NCBI RefSeq assembly: GCF_000142905.1
Contig: NW_013657657.1
Span: 1 to 64,000 of the forward strand
Length of the DNA: 64,000 nt
Direction of reading: 5' to 3'
Origin: Thecamonas trahens ATCC 50062
Taxonomy: Eukaryota > Protista > Apusomonadida
The notes under the pieces are model-generated. The model saw only the letters and a list, made by a program, of their open reading frames with translations. It was not told the origin of the DNA and did no database searches. Both the position numbers and the translations under genes were made by a program. Positions 21,525 through 32,261 of the stretch are shown piece by piece (position 1 is the stretch's first letter; every line of letters starts with the position of its first letter).

Positions 21525-22310
21525 ATTGTCGCTTTGCCGTCACACCCAATCCGTCGTCGCACCCGTGCTGACTGACTACCCACAACGCTCGGCTTGCCTC
21601 TCCTTGTTCCACGACCTCTCGGCGAGCGCAAGTGACTCAAAAGGCTAACCCGCGACGAGGGGGACCAAGACCACGCGCTGCTGCTTCTGCTTGTGCTCTT
21701 CTTGCCCGCCTTGTCCGACCTCGTTCACCTGAACGCCTGTCGTCGTCCAAGCCAAGTGTGACTCTACTTCCCCCTTTGAGCTCGGCCAACCGCAACCACC
21801 ACCACCTCGCTGTCTGCCTCGGCCTCGGTCTGTCTCGGCCTCGAGCGGCGGCGGTGGTGGTGGAGCGCCGCAGCGAATATTTTTCGCCCTATCCTTCCTT
21901 TCTGCCCATGACGCTCACGTGATGCCACGTGTTCGACACGGCCGGCGCTTGGTGCTGATATCATTTTTTTGTGTCCACCACCCCCACCCCCCACCCCCCC
22001 TCACCCACCCCCCTCCACCCTCCGCACCCCCCACCCACCACCACCACTACCACCACACACACACACATATATATGCACTATCGATCAACAACAACGCCAC
22101 CCCACCCCATCCCCATCCCCATCGCCTACCCCATCACCGAAATCCTGCTCAACATAGCATCGCTCCGCGAGTCGGCCCGACTCGCCGCCGCACGCACCTA
22201 GTCACGCGCAGCACTACGAGGTACCAAGGTATACACACGCCTCTTGGCACGCCCACTCGTCGAAGTCACGCTTCTGGGCTGGACCTTGGCTTGTTTCGGC
22301 AGAACTCGAA

Positions 22311-23147
22311 ATGAGTGACAGCAGCGAGGGCGTAAACGTGGGGGCATGGGGCGAGCCGACTTCGTCCATCGACTGGTGCGAGGACAACTACGCCGTCTCG
22401 TACTACGTTGCCGAGTGGTGGAACACTCTCTCCAACATACCCATCGTCATTCTCTGCATCCTTGCTTGGCACAAGGCCCACCATCGCTCCACCTTTCTCC
22501 CGCCGCACCTCCGATCGGCCTACCTCTGGCTCCTGCTCGTCTTTTGCGGCTCGACCGTCTTCCACGCCACCCTCTCGTACGCCGGCCAACTCCTCGACGA
22601 GCTTCCCATGATCGCTGGCGTCTGCGCCTACCACGTGGCGCTCTCATCGCGCGACAGCGTGGGCGCCTTTGCCGGACGGACATCGACCCGTATCGCCACC
22701 GCAACCACGCTCGCCATCGGCCTCCTCATGTACCTGCTCCGCGACTCGCCGCTTCCGCTCCAGCTCTCGTACGGGTCCCTTACCGTTGCTCTCGTTGTCC
22801 GCTCAGTCATGCTTTATCGATCCGTCGAAGTCCCGGCCCGCCGCTCTCTCTTTCTCGCCATGCTTGTCTACGGCTCCGCGTTCCTCCTCTGGATCACCGA
22901 GTGCGCCATCTGCGGCCTTGTCAAGCCCTTTGCCTTTCATGCGTGGTGGCACCTGCTCTCGGGCACCGGCACTCTCATCTGGATCCAATTCCTTGCCGCA
23001 TACGTCCTCGGCTCGTCCCGCACCGTAGCCCTCGTCCATCACCCGCGCGGCCTCGCACACATCCTCCCCTTTATCGCCATCGACAAGACTGTCCCAAGTA
23101 CAGAGTCTCACACCCCGCACCCGAGTCTATCGGCCGTGCGGCAATAA
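22311..23147 (+). CDS. ACER3: Alkaline ceramidase (ACER3-like)
   Basis: WGEPTSSIDWCEDNY...AEWWNTLSN, GSTVFHATL..GQLLDELPM and FHAWWHLLSG. Confidence 0.95.
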   Translation: MSDSSEGVNVGAWGEPTSSIDWCEDNYAVSYYVAEWWNTLSNIPIVILCILAWHKAHHRSTFLPPHLRSAYLWLLLVFCGSTVFHATLSYAGQLLDELPMIAGVCAYHVALSSRDSVGAFAGRTSTRIATATTLAIGLLMYLLRDSPLPLQLSYGSLTVALVVRSVMLYRSVEVPARRSLFLAMLVYGSAFLLWITECAICGLVKPFAFHAWWHLLSGTGTLIWIQFLAAYVLGSSRTVALVHHPRGLAHILPFIAIDKTVPSTESHTPHPSLSAVRQ

Positions 23148-23293
23148 GATCCACTTTATGTCTGACGCGTCACGTCAACACAACCATCACCACCACCACC
23201 ACCACCCCCCGCTCCGAGTCCTGCTCATAGGCGAGCGTGGAAGATCAGACGTCAAAAATCGAGAGATCGTTTCATTTTTCACACCCAACTCGA

Positions 23294-25219
23294 CTACCGG
23301 TGTGAAGAAGCCCGCCATGAACTCCCACGCCCTCGATCACGCCCACCATACTGGCGTGCTGACTGCGCGCGCCCACGTCCCGACTGCGGCGGCGTATGAT
23401 ATCCGCGCCGGGCTGACGAAGCCACCGCGCGCTCGAGGAGCGGGCCGAGCTCGTCAAGAGGTAGCGGCGGCGCGCCGATGCAGGTAAAGTACTCGTTCCA
23501 CGAGCTGATGGCGGCAATCCGCTTGGACGCCGCACTGAGCGCAGCAGCTGCCTCTGTGGCGGCCGCTCCGCTCCGGGCGTTGTACTGATGCAGCGCGGTA
23601 GCGAGCGGATCGGCCGAGTCCTCGCTTAACGACCCGCTCTCGTCGCCCACTCGGGCGCTCGCCGGATGCAGGAGGTGCAGAAAGTAGACTTGGAAGGCGA
23701 TGAGCCGAATCCCAGTCTCGGCGGCGTTAAACGTGAGCTGTGCACGCTGCTTCCATCCAAGCCGATCCTCACCGGCGATGCAGTGGAGCTGAGCGTACGT
23801 GCGGGTTGCCCAGAGGACCTGCCTGTCCAGCGACTCGAGGAGGACCAGCTTCCAGATCCGGACTCGCCACTTGTGCTTTCGCGAGAGGAGGAGCTTGACG
23901 ATAAACTCACCGAGCGAGCGGGTGTAGCGCTTGTGCCGGTACTGCGGTGCGGTGACAAAGTCCTCGATCTCGGCCTCGATCGCATCTACAAGCTCTGGAT
24001 GCCGCGCCACCAGCGCAAGCATGAGATGATGGGCCCAGCAAAAGCCGCGCAGCGCCTTGTCCGACACCCCGCGCGGAACCGCATCGTCGTTGGTCTTGCT
24101 AGTTGCGTTTGTCATGAGCCCCACAATGAGCGACGCCGCAAAGGTGATGAGTGACCGGAGCGCCGCTGCTGGCACCCGATCGTCGCGCTCGCCGGTCAGC
24201 TCGCTCATTTCCGAGAGGAGGACCGGGTACGCGTCGTCGAACCGCAGCGCGTCGATGGCCAGCGGAAGAAAGTACTGAAAGTGACCACCCCACGCGCTTG
24301 TCCGCAGCCCATCCTCGGAGAACGCGGTCCACGAGATGACGTCCAGCGTCGAGGTGATCTCGCGGATGGCGCCCGAGCGATGCCGCGCCACCGCGAGCGG
24401 AATACCCATAACGTCCTCTGCCACTGTGAGCTTGGTGTGGAAGCAGACAAGATCGCTCCGCGCCAGCAGGCCAAAGTCGTTGATGAACGCACTCGTCCGC
24501 CGCGAGCACACTGCAAGCCGGACAAGCGATGCCCGGTCGACCTTGCAAAGGATGGCCACAATAAGCTCGGCTGGAAGCGCAAACAGATCAAACCTGTCCG
24601 CCACGTCACCGCACACGCCGCTATCAGTGGCAGGATGTGCGGCACTGGCTCCAGGCTCGGAACCGCAGAGCGGAGGCCACGGCGCACTTCCGCTGTGCCC
24701 GCACGAGCACACCGCACTCGCCGCCGATGTCAGTGTCTTGGCCAACTGCTCCGGCCGGACGTAGTCGTTAAAGTCAACAACCGTTCCGTCGTCCTGCGGA
24801 ATGCGCTCCGCAAGGAGAAACGACTGTAGCTGCCGAACAAGCGCCGCGATCGAGTACGCTGACGACCAGCCGGCAAACGGCGCCGACGATGAGTAGTGTT
24901 TGAGCATGTCGAGGCAGACGTAGTAGCCCGGCCGGCCGCGGTTGCGAAACACGTTTGGGTGCCACACCAGCGACGCGAGGTTGATCGCCGGCGGTCGCGA
25001 CGGATAATCGACAGGAAAGTCGAGCACGAGATGGATGACCGCGCCGGCGTACGGGCCCGAGTCGGTGGTGATGTTGGCGTGCCACTCGAGCATGTTCTGT
25101 TCAGATGGCGCAATGCTCGCGCCCTCAAACTCTTCACCAGCAATTTCCTTCCACTCGCGCATCAGCCGCCGCACAGCTGACGTGGCCGACGGGTGCGCAT
25201 GCGTGGGACGATGAAACAT
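23294..25219 (-). CDS. Ubiquitin-conjugating enzyme (E2) fused to an F-box and an uncharacterised helical C-terminal domain
   Basis: RRLMREWKEI...EWHANI..GPYAG..FPVDYPSRPP..WHPNV..VCLDML..WSSAYSI; F-box LFALPAELIVAILCKVDRASLVRLAVCSRR; first ATG at 25219. Confidence 0.88.
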   Translation of the reverse strand: MFHRPTHAHPSATSAVRRLMREWKEIAGEEFEGASIAPSEQNMLEWHANITTDSGPYAGAVIHLVLDFPVDYPSRPPAINLASLVWHPNVFRNRGRPGYYVCLDMLKHYSSSAPFAGWSSAYSIAALVRQLQSFLLAERIPQDDGTVVDFNDYVRPEQLAKTLTSAASAVCSCGHSGSAPWPPLCGSEPGASAAHPATDSGVCGDVADRFDLFALPAELIVAILCKVDRASLVRLAVCSRRTSAFINDFGLLARSDLVCFHTKLTVAEDVMGIPLAVARHRSGAIREITSTLDVISWTAFSEDGLRTSAWGGHFQYFLPLAIDALRFDDAYPVLLSEMSELTGERDDRVPAAALRSLITFAASLIVGLMTNATSKTNDDAVPRGVSDKALRGFCWAHHLMLALVARHPELVDAIEAEIEDFVTAPQYRHKRYTRSLGEFIVKLLLSRKHKWRVRIWKLVLLESLDRQVLWATRTYAQLHCIAGEDRLGWKQRAQLTFNAAETGIRLIAFQVYFLHLLHPASARVGDESGSLSEDSADPLATALHQYNARSGAAATEAAAALSAASKRIAAISSWNEYFTCIGAPPLPLDELGPLLERAVASSARRGYHTPPQSGRGRAQSARQYGGRDRGRGSSWRASSHR

Positions 25220-25406
25220 GGCTGTAAAGCGTGCGCAAAGATGGATGGAAGCAAGACAAATGGTACTTGCTCTCGCCTTCTTTCCATCGCCCCACACGTT
25301 TTTAATGGCAGTTTTTCTGCTGAGGTCACCGCCGATGCGAGCTCTTCGAACGAGGCCATTCTGGGACACAGCCGAGCTCGTCACCGACACACAACCTCAG
25401 TGCACA

Positions 25407-26411
25407 TCAGCTGCGACTTGGCCCTCCATTCACCACCTCGAGATCAAGGACCAGGCCGAGGTGATCCGAGGCGGTCAAGCCCAGCTCGGCTGCCGCCCCG
25501 ACGAGTTCGAGGGAGACGACGGCACCGGCATGCTCTGGCGAGACGAAGATGCGATCGATGCGACGAGGCGGCTCGGGCGGATGGATGGTAGAGGAGAACG
25601 TGGCGCCGGCCGCGTCGTAGGTATCGACCAGCGGTGCGAGTGCGCTACACAATGCCGCGTTCTCCTCCGACCTGGCCATCACGTTGGTGTCGCCGGCAAA
25701 GACATGGATCGCAGCGCAAGACCCTTCGTCGGCAAGGTACGCCGCGATTGCCGCCGCCTGCGCTGCGCGATACTCGGGTGAGTTCTTGGACTCGAGATGT
25801 GCGGTGACAACGAATGCCGCTGGCGCTACCGTCTTGACTGCCAGCGCGCGCCGGCCCATGTTGGACGGGAGTGGAATGAACTCGAGGCTCTGCAACCCGA
25901 CCTCGGCTTTGACAAGCATCACCACCCCGTACGGCACTATCGACGAGCCGCGACCATCCGTCACCACATACTGCTCGCGCACAAAGTCCTGCTCAAGCAG
26001 AAGATCCAAGAACGGCTGGGTCACCTCTTGCAAGCATATCAAATCTGCGTCGAGACACTCCAGCTCGCCCATCGCCACCTCGGCGCGCGCCAGCTGATCA
26101 CGCTCGGCAAACCAGACGTTGTACGTGACAATGCGGAGAAGGCGACGACATGCACCAGCCTCATCAAGGCAGCCATCGTCGTCGCGTTCCTGCTGCTGTT
26201 CCACCCATCGCTCGCTGTGACCATGCCACGAAAAGCCAAACCGGAGCGAGAGGCTCGCCAGCGAGGTTGAGCCGACCCGCGTCGTAGTCACCACGCCTTC
26301 GGCATCCCGCTCCTCCACAAGCACCTCGCCGGCACGGGTTGTCACCCGTGTGGTTGTCGAGCGCAGCGCGTGCGGACGAGCTAGCTGAGCGAGGAGAGAT
26401 TCTACGTCCAT
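25407..26411 (-). CDS. TDP2: TDP2-like endonuclease/exonuclease/phosphatase (tyrosyl-DNA phosphodiesterase 2)
   Basis: IVTYNVWF, DLICLQEVT, SNMGRRAL, TAHLES, FAGDTN, RIDRIF and SDHLGL. Confidence 0.85.
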   Translation of the reverse strand: MDVESLLAQLARPHALRSTTTRVTTRAGEVLVEERDAEGVVTTTRVGSTSLASLSLRFGFSWHGHSERWVEQQQERDDDGCLDEAGACRRLLRIVTYNVWFAERDQLARAEVAMGELECLDADLICLQEVTQPFLDLLLEQDFVREQYVVTDGRGSSIVPYGVVMLVKAEVGLQSLEFIPLPSNMGRRALAVKTVAPAAFVVTAHLESKNSPEYRAAQAAAIAAYLADEGSCAAIHVFAGDTNVMARSEENAALCSALAPLVDTYDAAGATFSSTIHPPEPPRRIDRIFVSPEHAGAVVSLELVGAAAELGLTASDHLGLVLDLEVVNGGPSRS

Positions 26412-26524
26412 CAATTGTGCGTGGAACGGGGCTTCTTCCGGCTACAACCGAGCGCGCGAGACAGGTGACGAGTTCATTGACGTGTGAGTCCATGGCCAGG
26501 CGAACCGACTCGGCGTTCAACCCG

Positions 26525-27484
26525 CTAGTCAAAAGCGTTGACACCCTGGTGCGACTTGGCCTCGCGGTAGAGAGTGAAGAGGACGTGGAGCGACTCGACG
26601 ACTGAATCGTGGACGGGGATGTCGAGAATGGCGCAGACAATGCGTGCGTAGGTGGCGAGATCGACGTCGAGTTCGGCAGTAGGGAGGGCACCGGCCTTGC
26701 TCAGCGCCTCCTCAAACTCAACCGGCCACTCCTGCATGAGAGCTTCGATGTCCGGCATCGGGCGCGAGTACGAGACAGACGGCAGCGGCTTGCGCGAGTG
26801 CATCTCCGAAATGTTCTCGATCCATGACGCGATGGCCTTGGGCTCCGCCACGGGGTCGACTGCCTTCACGGCCATCGGCGTCAAGTTAGACTTGCGCGAG
26901 TTGGCCCGCAGCTGTAGCGTCAGCACAGTCGGATCCGACTGCTTGGTGCATGGCTCGTCGACAACCGCCAGCGCCAGGCCGTCGTCCTTGCCGTCTGGCC
27001 GCGGCACCTTGAGGAAGCCGTCAATGTCGCCAATAGACGGAATGTACTCGGGAATAAACGGCTTGAGGCTCGTCTCGATGTCAAAGCTCGTCGGCATGTA
27101 CCGCTCGATGTAGCCAAACAGGTCGCGGATCTCCGCCGATACCTGCAGGTCGTCGTACTGGCTGGCGTCGTACTTGGCTGGGCCATCGACCCGATGTGCG
27201 CCCGATGCCGCCTCGTCGAGATTCCCAGCCGTGCCGGCCAGCCCGCGGGTCATTCCCAGCGCCCCGCCGGCCCCACCCTCGGTCCGCCCGCCCATGTGCG
27301 GTCCGAGGACCGATCCTGTCACAATGCCTGTCGCGCCATGACCTTCTTCCCTCTCATACCCAGCGCCAACATTGCCAGTATCCCCTCCGCCATACCCCGC
27401 CCCCTCCGACGACGACTCGAGTGAGAGCGCCTCATCGTAGTGCTGGTTCTCCACCACCTGTGACCGCATGTGGTGGTCCGACAT
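26525..27484 (-). CDS. IFT46: Intraflagellar transport protein 46
   Basis: ENQHYDEAL, LKPFIPEYIPSIGDIDGFLKVPRPDG, DEPCTKQSDPTVLTLQLR, MPDIEALMQEWP, CAILDIPV and ESLHVLFTLY. Confidence 0.97.
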   Translation of the reverse strand: MSDHHMRSQVVENQHYDEALSLESSSEGAGYGGGDTGNVGAGYEREEGHGATGIVTGSVLGPHMGGRTEGGAGGALGMTRGLAGTAGNLDEAASGAHRVDGPAKYDASQYDDLQVSAEIRDLFGYIERYMPTSFDIETSLKPFIPEYIPSIGDIDGFLKVPRPDGKDDGLALAVVDEPCTKQSDPTVLTLQLRANSRKSNLTPMAVKAVDPVAEPKAIASWIENISEMHSRKPLPSVSYSRPMPDIEALMQEWPVEFEEALSKAGALPTAELDVDLATYARIVCAILDIPVHDSVVESLHVLFTLYREAKSHQGVNAFD

Positions 27485-27496
27485 GATGGGTCTCTA

Positions 27497-27812
27497 CACC
27501 CGTGCACCCGTGCACCCATACACCCATGCACCCATGCACCCACACACCCGTACAACCCGTACAACCCGTACAACCAATCTTGTGAGCCCCTTGCCTTTCC
27601 CAATGCATGTGCCCATCCCTCTGCCCAGGGAGAGCCTGCCCACACAACAGAGAGGCTACCGCCTCCACTGCCCGCCTTCCCTGCGCGCCCTTTCGGCACA
27701 CCCCGACGCCCACCCACCATGCACCCACCAAGCGCCCACCAAGCACCCACCCACCAAGCACCCACCCACCAAGCACCGCCCAAGCACCCATCAAGCACCC
27801 ACCAAGCACCCA
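27497..27812. repeat. Low-complexity minisatellite cluster (8-mer CACCC[GA]T[GA], 9-mer ACCCGTACA, 15-mer CACCAAGCACCCACC)
   Basis: Short tandem arrays visible directly between the IFT46 start codon and the gap. Confidence 0.8.
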
Positions 27813-27833
27813 ACAGTGCCACCGAAACAATCA

Positions 27834-27933
27834 NNNNNNNNNNNNNNNNNNNNNNNNNNNNNNNNNNNNNNNNNNNNNNNNNNNNNNNNNNNNNNNNNNN
27901 NNNNNNNNNNNNNNNNNNNNNNNNNNNNNNNNN
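27834..27933. other. Assembly gap (100 N)
   Basis: Run of N. Confidence 1.
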
Positions 27934-28151
27934 GATACACGTCGACCACAGGGCCTTCTACCCCCCCTACCCCCTCCTCCGTTCTCCTTCCCACCTCCCC
28001 TACCCCCCTCCCCCACGCTACCACAACCCTCCACTCCTCACCCCTTCCCCTCACCCTCCCCCTCCTCCCCCCCTCCCCCCCCCCCCCACACACAAACGTA
28101 CTTGCCGTACAAGTTTGTAACTTGTTCGTCTTCAACCAAGTCGTGGAGTGT

Positions 28152-29543
28152 TTACCTGTACTGAGCCGGCTCCGTCCCAGTGCGAGTCCGCAGGTCGGCG
28201 GTTGCTGACGGCGCGTCGACGTTCTCGATGAGCTCCTCTAGCCGCTCAGTGGGAATGTGGTAGGTATCGATGGCAATGGCAATGAGGGTCTCGAGGAGCC
28301 GCCCAAGCAGCTCGTCGCCGAGAACAGACTGCGAGATGGGAAGCGCCGGCGAGGCATTTGCTCGCCGCTCAACTTGGTTGACATCGGCGAGGAGCTGGAC
28401 CGCCGACGACGCGTCGAGCATCGCGTAGTCGTCGAGCCGCCGCCCGCGCCGCGCCAGTAGCACATCTGCGAGTGCAGAGCTGCGCGCCTTTTGGCTCACT
28501 GTGCTCGACATAACAACCGAGAGCTCGCGCCATGCAATGGTGCCCTGCTGCTCGCCAGGTTCCATGCCCGCAATCTGATCGCCCTCCTCAGGCTTGAGAC
28601 ACGGAAGGCTGCCTGCCACCCGAATGGCGTAGCTTGTCCGGAGCGCTTTCTTGACTCGTGCCAGCGACGCACCTACAGCGAGTGAGACGGCGAGCGTCGT
28701 CGGCATCCACGTCACCTGCGCCGCCCGCTCCTTCAGATCCCCAAGCGCTGCCGCCGGCACCGCTACCACCACAACTTCGGCCACCTTGGCCGCCGCGTGC
28801 ATGTCGTCGGTGAGCGTCACGTCGCGACGCGCGAGCGAAGCATGTCTACTCGCGTCGGGCTCGCGGACAACCACAAGTAGCGATGACGCCGCAGCGATCG
28901 TGCCCGAGTCAAGCAGCGCAGCGACTACAGCCTTGGCCATGGCTCCGGATCCGATGATCGCCACCCTCAGTGGGCGCCACGCCAGGACCCGCGCGACCGT
29001 CACCCCGATGCCTTGGCCTCCTCCTCTGCGCTCGGACGCGCTCTCTCGCGCAACAGCGTTGGCGAGCTTGATGGCCTCATAGCGAAAGTGCATGAAGATC
29101 TGAACAAGCTGGACAACACACGCGCCTGCGCGGGCCAACCGCAGCGACCGGATCTTGCCTGCCGTGCTCGACCTCGGCAGCGCCGATGCCGGCAGCCCGA
29201 GCGAGCAAACCAACTGCAGCGCGTTGTGCGCGGCTACTTTCTGTCGATCCGCCAGCTCTTCAGCCTCGGACCCGTCGACCACCTCGCCGTCTCGCCCGAG
29301 TCGGCCTTCACGCCTCGCTCGTCCGCCACCCCCGTTCTCCCAGGCAGAGACGAGTACCAGCTCAGTCCCGAGTCCATCGTGCTGGTGAAGCTCGTCCAGC
29401 TCGACAACGGGTCTGCCATCCTCTTCGCCCTCTCTAAGAAGTCTTCGAGTGAGGTGTGCGGCAAGTGAGCGCCAGGCCGCCCCACCCGCCCACGGCCGCT
29501 CGCTCGTTTGACATCGCCACACCCCTCTCCCCTCTCGCGCCAT
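28152..29543 (-). CDS. NOXRED1 / pyrroline-5-carboxylate reductase-like NADP-binding oxidoreductase (start uncertain)
   Basis: Rossmann motif LRVAIIGSGAMAKAVVAALLDSG, then AEVVVVAVP and AVSLAVGASLARVK; no recognisable P5CR dimerisation domain. Confidence 0.65.
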   Translation of the reverse strand: MAREGRGVWRCQTSERPWAGGAAWRSLAAHLTRRLLREGEEDGRPVVELDELHQHDGLGTELVLVSAWENGGGGRARREGRLGRDGEVVDGSEAEELADRQKVAAHNALQLVCSLGLPASALPRSSTAGKIRSLRLARAGACVVQLVQIFMHFRYEAIKLANAVARESASERRGGGQGIGVTVARVLAWRPLRVAIIGSGAMAKAVVAALLDSGTIAAASSLLVVVREPDASRHASLARRDVTLTDDMHAAAKVAEVVVVAVPAAALGDLKERAAQVTWMPTTLAVSLAVGASLARVKKALRTSYAIRVAGSLPCLKPEEGDQIAGMEPGEQQGTIAWRELSVVMSSTVSQKARSSALADVLLARRGRRLDDYAMLDASSAVQLLADVNQVERRANASPALPISQSVLGDELLGRLLETLIAIAIDTYHIPTERLEELIENVDAPSATADLRTRTGTEPAQYR

Positions 29544-32261
29544 GCAGGTGCTGTCCAAAGCCACGCAGGTGTCCCTGTCTGCTGGACAGGTCATCACTTC
29601 CCCGGTTGACGTTGTCCGTGAGCTGGTGGAAAACGCTCTTGATGCAGGTGCCTCGGCCATTACCGTCCGCATCGGCCCCGACTTTGCCTCGATCTCGGTC
29701 ACCGACGACGGCTCGGGCATTCCGCCCGACTCTCGCTCCTTGGTCGGCCTCCGCTACACAACCTCAAAGATCACAGACTACGCAGACCTGGCCAATGTTG
29801 CCTCCCTTGGCTTCCGTGGCGAAGTACGACCACCCCCTCCCCCCCCTACCCCCCCTCCCCTACCCCCCTCTCCTACCCACAGGCCGTCAACTCTATGGCC
29901 ACCCTCGGCAAGGTGGAGATCACAACAAAGTGCGCAGACGAGGACATGGGTACGGTGCTTGTTCTCGACAGTGGAGGCGCTGTGGCGTCGTCGAAACCGG
30001 CTGCCTTTCCGACCTCAAGCGGGACCCAGGTCGCGGTCTCGAACCTCTTTGCAAGCTACCCGGTCCGCAAGCGGGTGATGAAACAGCGCCGCAAGGCGTA
30101 CAACAAGTACATTCATGCTCTCATTTCCGCCCATGCCATGGCCCGCCCGGACGTCCGCTGGCACTACACCTCGAGCCCGGCCTCGGCCTCGCGCGCCCTG
30201 GCCTCGCTCAACGCTCCGGCCTCTTCCTCGGTTGCCGACGCCATCGGCCGCATTCTTGGCCCTGCGCTGGGCAAGGGCCTTGTTCACATTGTTTGGCCGC
30301 CACCGCCGTCCGAGCCATCCGACGCAGCCTCGCCAGACCTCTCGCTCGAGCTGTACGTGCCGAACCCGGACGCGTCGCCGGCCGCGATCAAGGCGCTCAC
30401 CCGGTCCTCATCGGACAAGGTCTTCATGTACTGCAACCTGCGGCCCTTTGATTCGCCAACTCTGCTCAAGCTCCTCGCCTCGGCCTACCGTACCTTCTTT
30501 GACGGCCGCGTCTCGTCCTCGGCCTTTCCCGTTGCCCTCGTATTCGTCTCGGTCGCCCGTTCCGCCCTCGACATCAACGTCACGCCCGACAAGCGGACTG
30601 TCATGTTCCACGCTGCCGACGCCGTCACCAGCGCGCTCGATGCGGCGCTTGACACCGTCTACACCCGCTCAATTATCGACGTCCTCACCTCGCAGCCTAC
30701 ACCGCTCGATTCAGTCGCCGCACCCGCCCGCCGCCACGACCCGGCCCCTTCGTCTCGTCCGCCGCCGCACGAGCTCCCGCCACCAACCCGTCAGACCCAG
30801 ATCACGCTCTCGCCGGCCCTTCCGCCCATCTCGTCGCCCGAGAGCCTCAAGCGGAAGCGGACCGAGGCCGAGCCGGCACCCTCCTCAGCCGCAGCTCCCG
30901 CTCGAGTCCCCGAACCCGTGACGGTCACCAATTGCGACGCCATCGTCGATGACGACGACGCCCCGCTCGCCAAGCGCCCTAGACCCCTTGCCCACCCTCC
31001 AGCCGAGTCACCGGCGCCGGCCGCGCCCACCCGATCGTCGTCGGGCGATGAGCCTGCACCTCCGGCCCCGGCTCCGACCCAGCCGACACAGGCTGTGACT
31101 CAGTTTGAGCCGATGGACATCGCTCCTGCCGACAACGGCCCCTCCGCCGACGACGGCGAGGAGCTCATCGACGTACTCATCTCGTTTGAACGGATGTTCA
31201 CGCCGTCGGTGCCGTCGCCTGACCGCTCGCTTCTCTTTACCTCGTCGGCCCCGCAGCTGGTGGGCACGTTCAGCGGCAATGACGGCGGTGCTTTTGCCAT
31301 CGTTGCCGCCTTCCCAGCCCTCTACGCCATCTCCATCAAGGCGTGGATGGAGGAGACGCTGCTAGCCAAACTGCTCGAGACCTTTGCGCTCCCGCCGTCG
31401 CCGCTCCCGCTGCCGGTTGTAGTCTCGGACCCGACGACTCTCGGCGGCGAGCGCAACTTTGCAGCCGTCATCGCCGCCACTTCCACCCCGCTCCTTGCCA
31501 AGTGCGGCTTTGACGTCAAGTCCGGCTCGACAAACGGCAAGGCGTCGCTGCAGGTTGCCGGCATCGCCACCCAGCTCATCCCCGAGTATGGCCTCGTCCA
31601 CCTTCGCGAAATTGCCGAGTCGCTCGTCGCTGCCGACGACGACGGCATCGCCCTGGCCGACCTCTCACCCTCGGCCATCCGGCCGCGCGCCGTCGTCGCC
31701 TTTCTCCGCACCGAGGCTGCCCGCATGGCCGCCGCCCAGCTCGCCTCGGACTCCACCGCCATGGATCTTGTCGAACCATCAGCTCGCGCCAGCATGCTCG
31801 CCCCACACCTCGCTCTTGCCTGGATCCGCAAGCTCGAGGCCTCGCCGACCTCCTCGCCCAAGCGCAAGCTCCCCATCCGCCGCCTCTACTCGTTCGACCG
31901 CCTCCCTGAGCTATCGTCGCAAGTCATCGCCGCCATGACCAACCCTCTCCGCGCTGTTCATGCCCGCGAACTCCCTCCAGTCGCGCCCCTTCCGAAGCCA
32001 CCTCTACCTGTTGATCGCCCGCACCCGTGCTCGGTGCAAGTAAACTCTGCCATCCTTGCCGTTCTGCCGTCCGTACGTGCCAGCGTGGCCTGCCCGGACG
32101 AGATGCTACCGAGCCCACACCCCACCCTCCCCCCTCCCCACCACACACCCATGTGGGAGCTCGCCATCTCTGCCCGTGACCCACAGAACTACACCGGCAC
32201 CCGTAGTACGCCCTCCCCTCACCCCTACCTCTCCCCGTTCCCCACATGCCCCCCCCTGTGA
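29542..32261 (+). CDS. PMS1: MutL-family mismatch repair protein, human PMS1-like (3' end uncertain)
   Basis: Exon 1 is 29542-29823, with intron 29824-29882. GHKL motifs VVRELVENALDAG, DDGSGI, TTSKI, LGFRGEA and DINVTPDKR. C-terminal EETLLAKLLETFALP and RPRAVVAFLRTEAARM resemble human PMS1. No DQHA endonuclease motif. Confidence 0.9.

Noticed and set aside
25407-26411. LINE retrotransposon endonuclease
   Set aside because: Motifs fit TDP2 (SNMGR, HLES, FAGDTN) and no reverse transcriptase is adjacent
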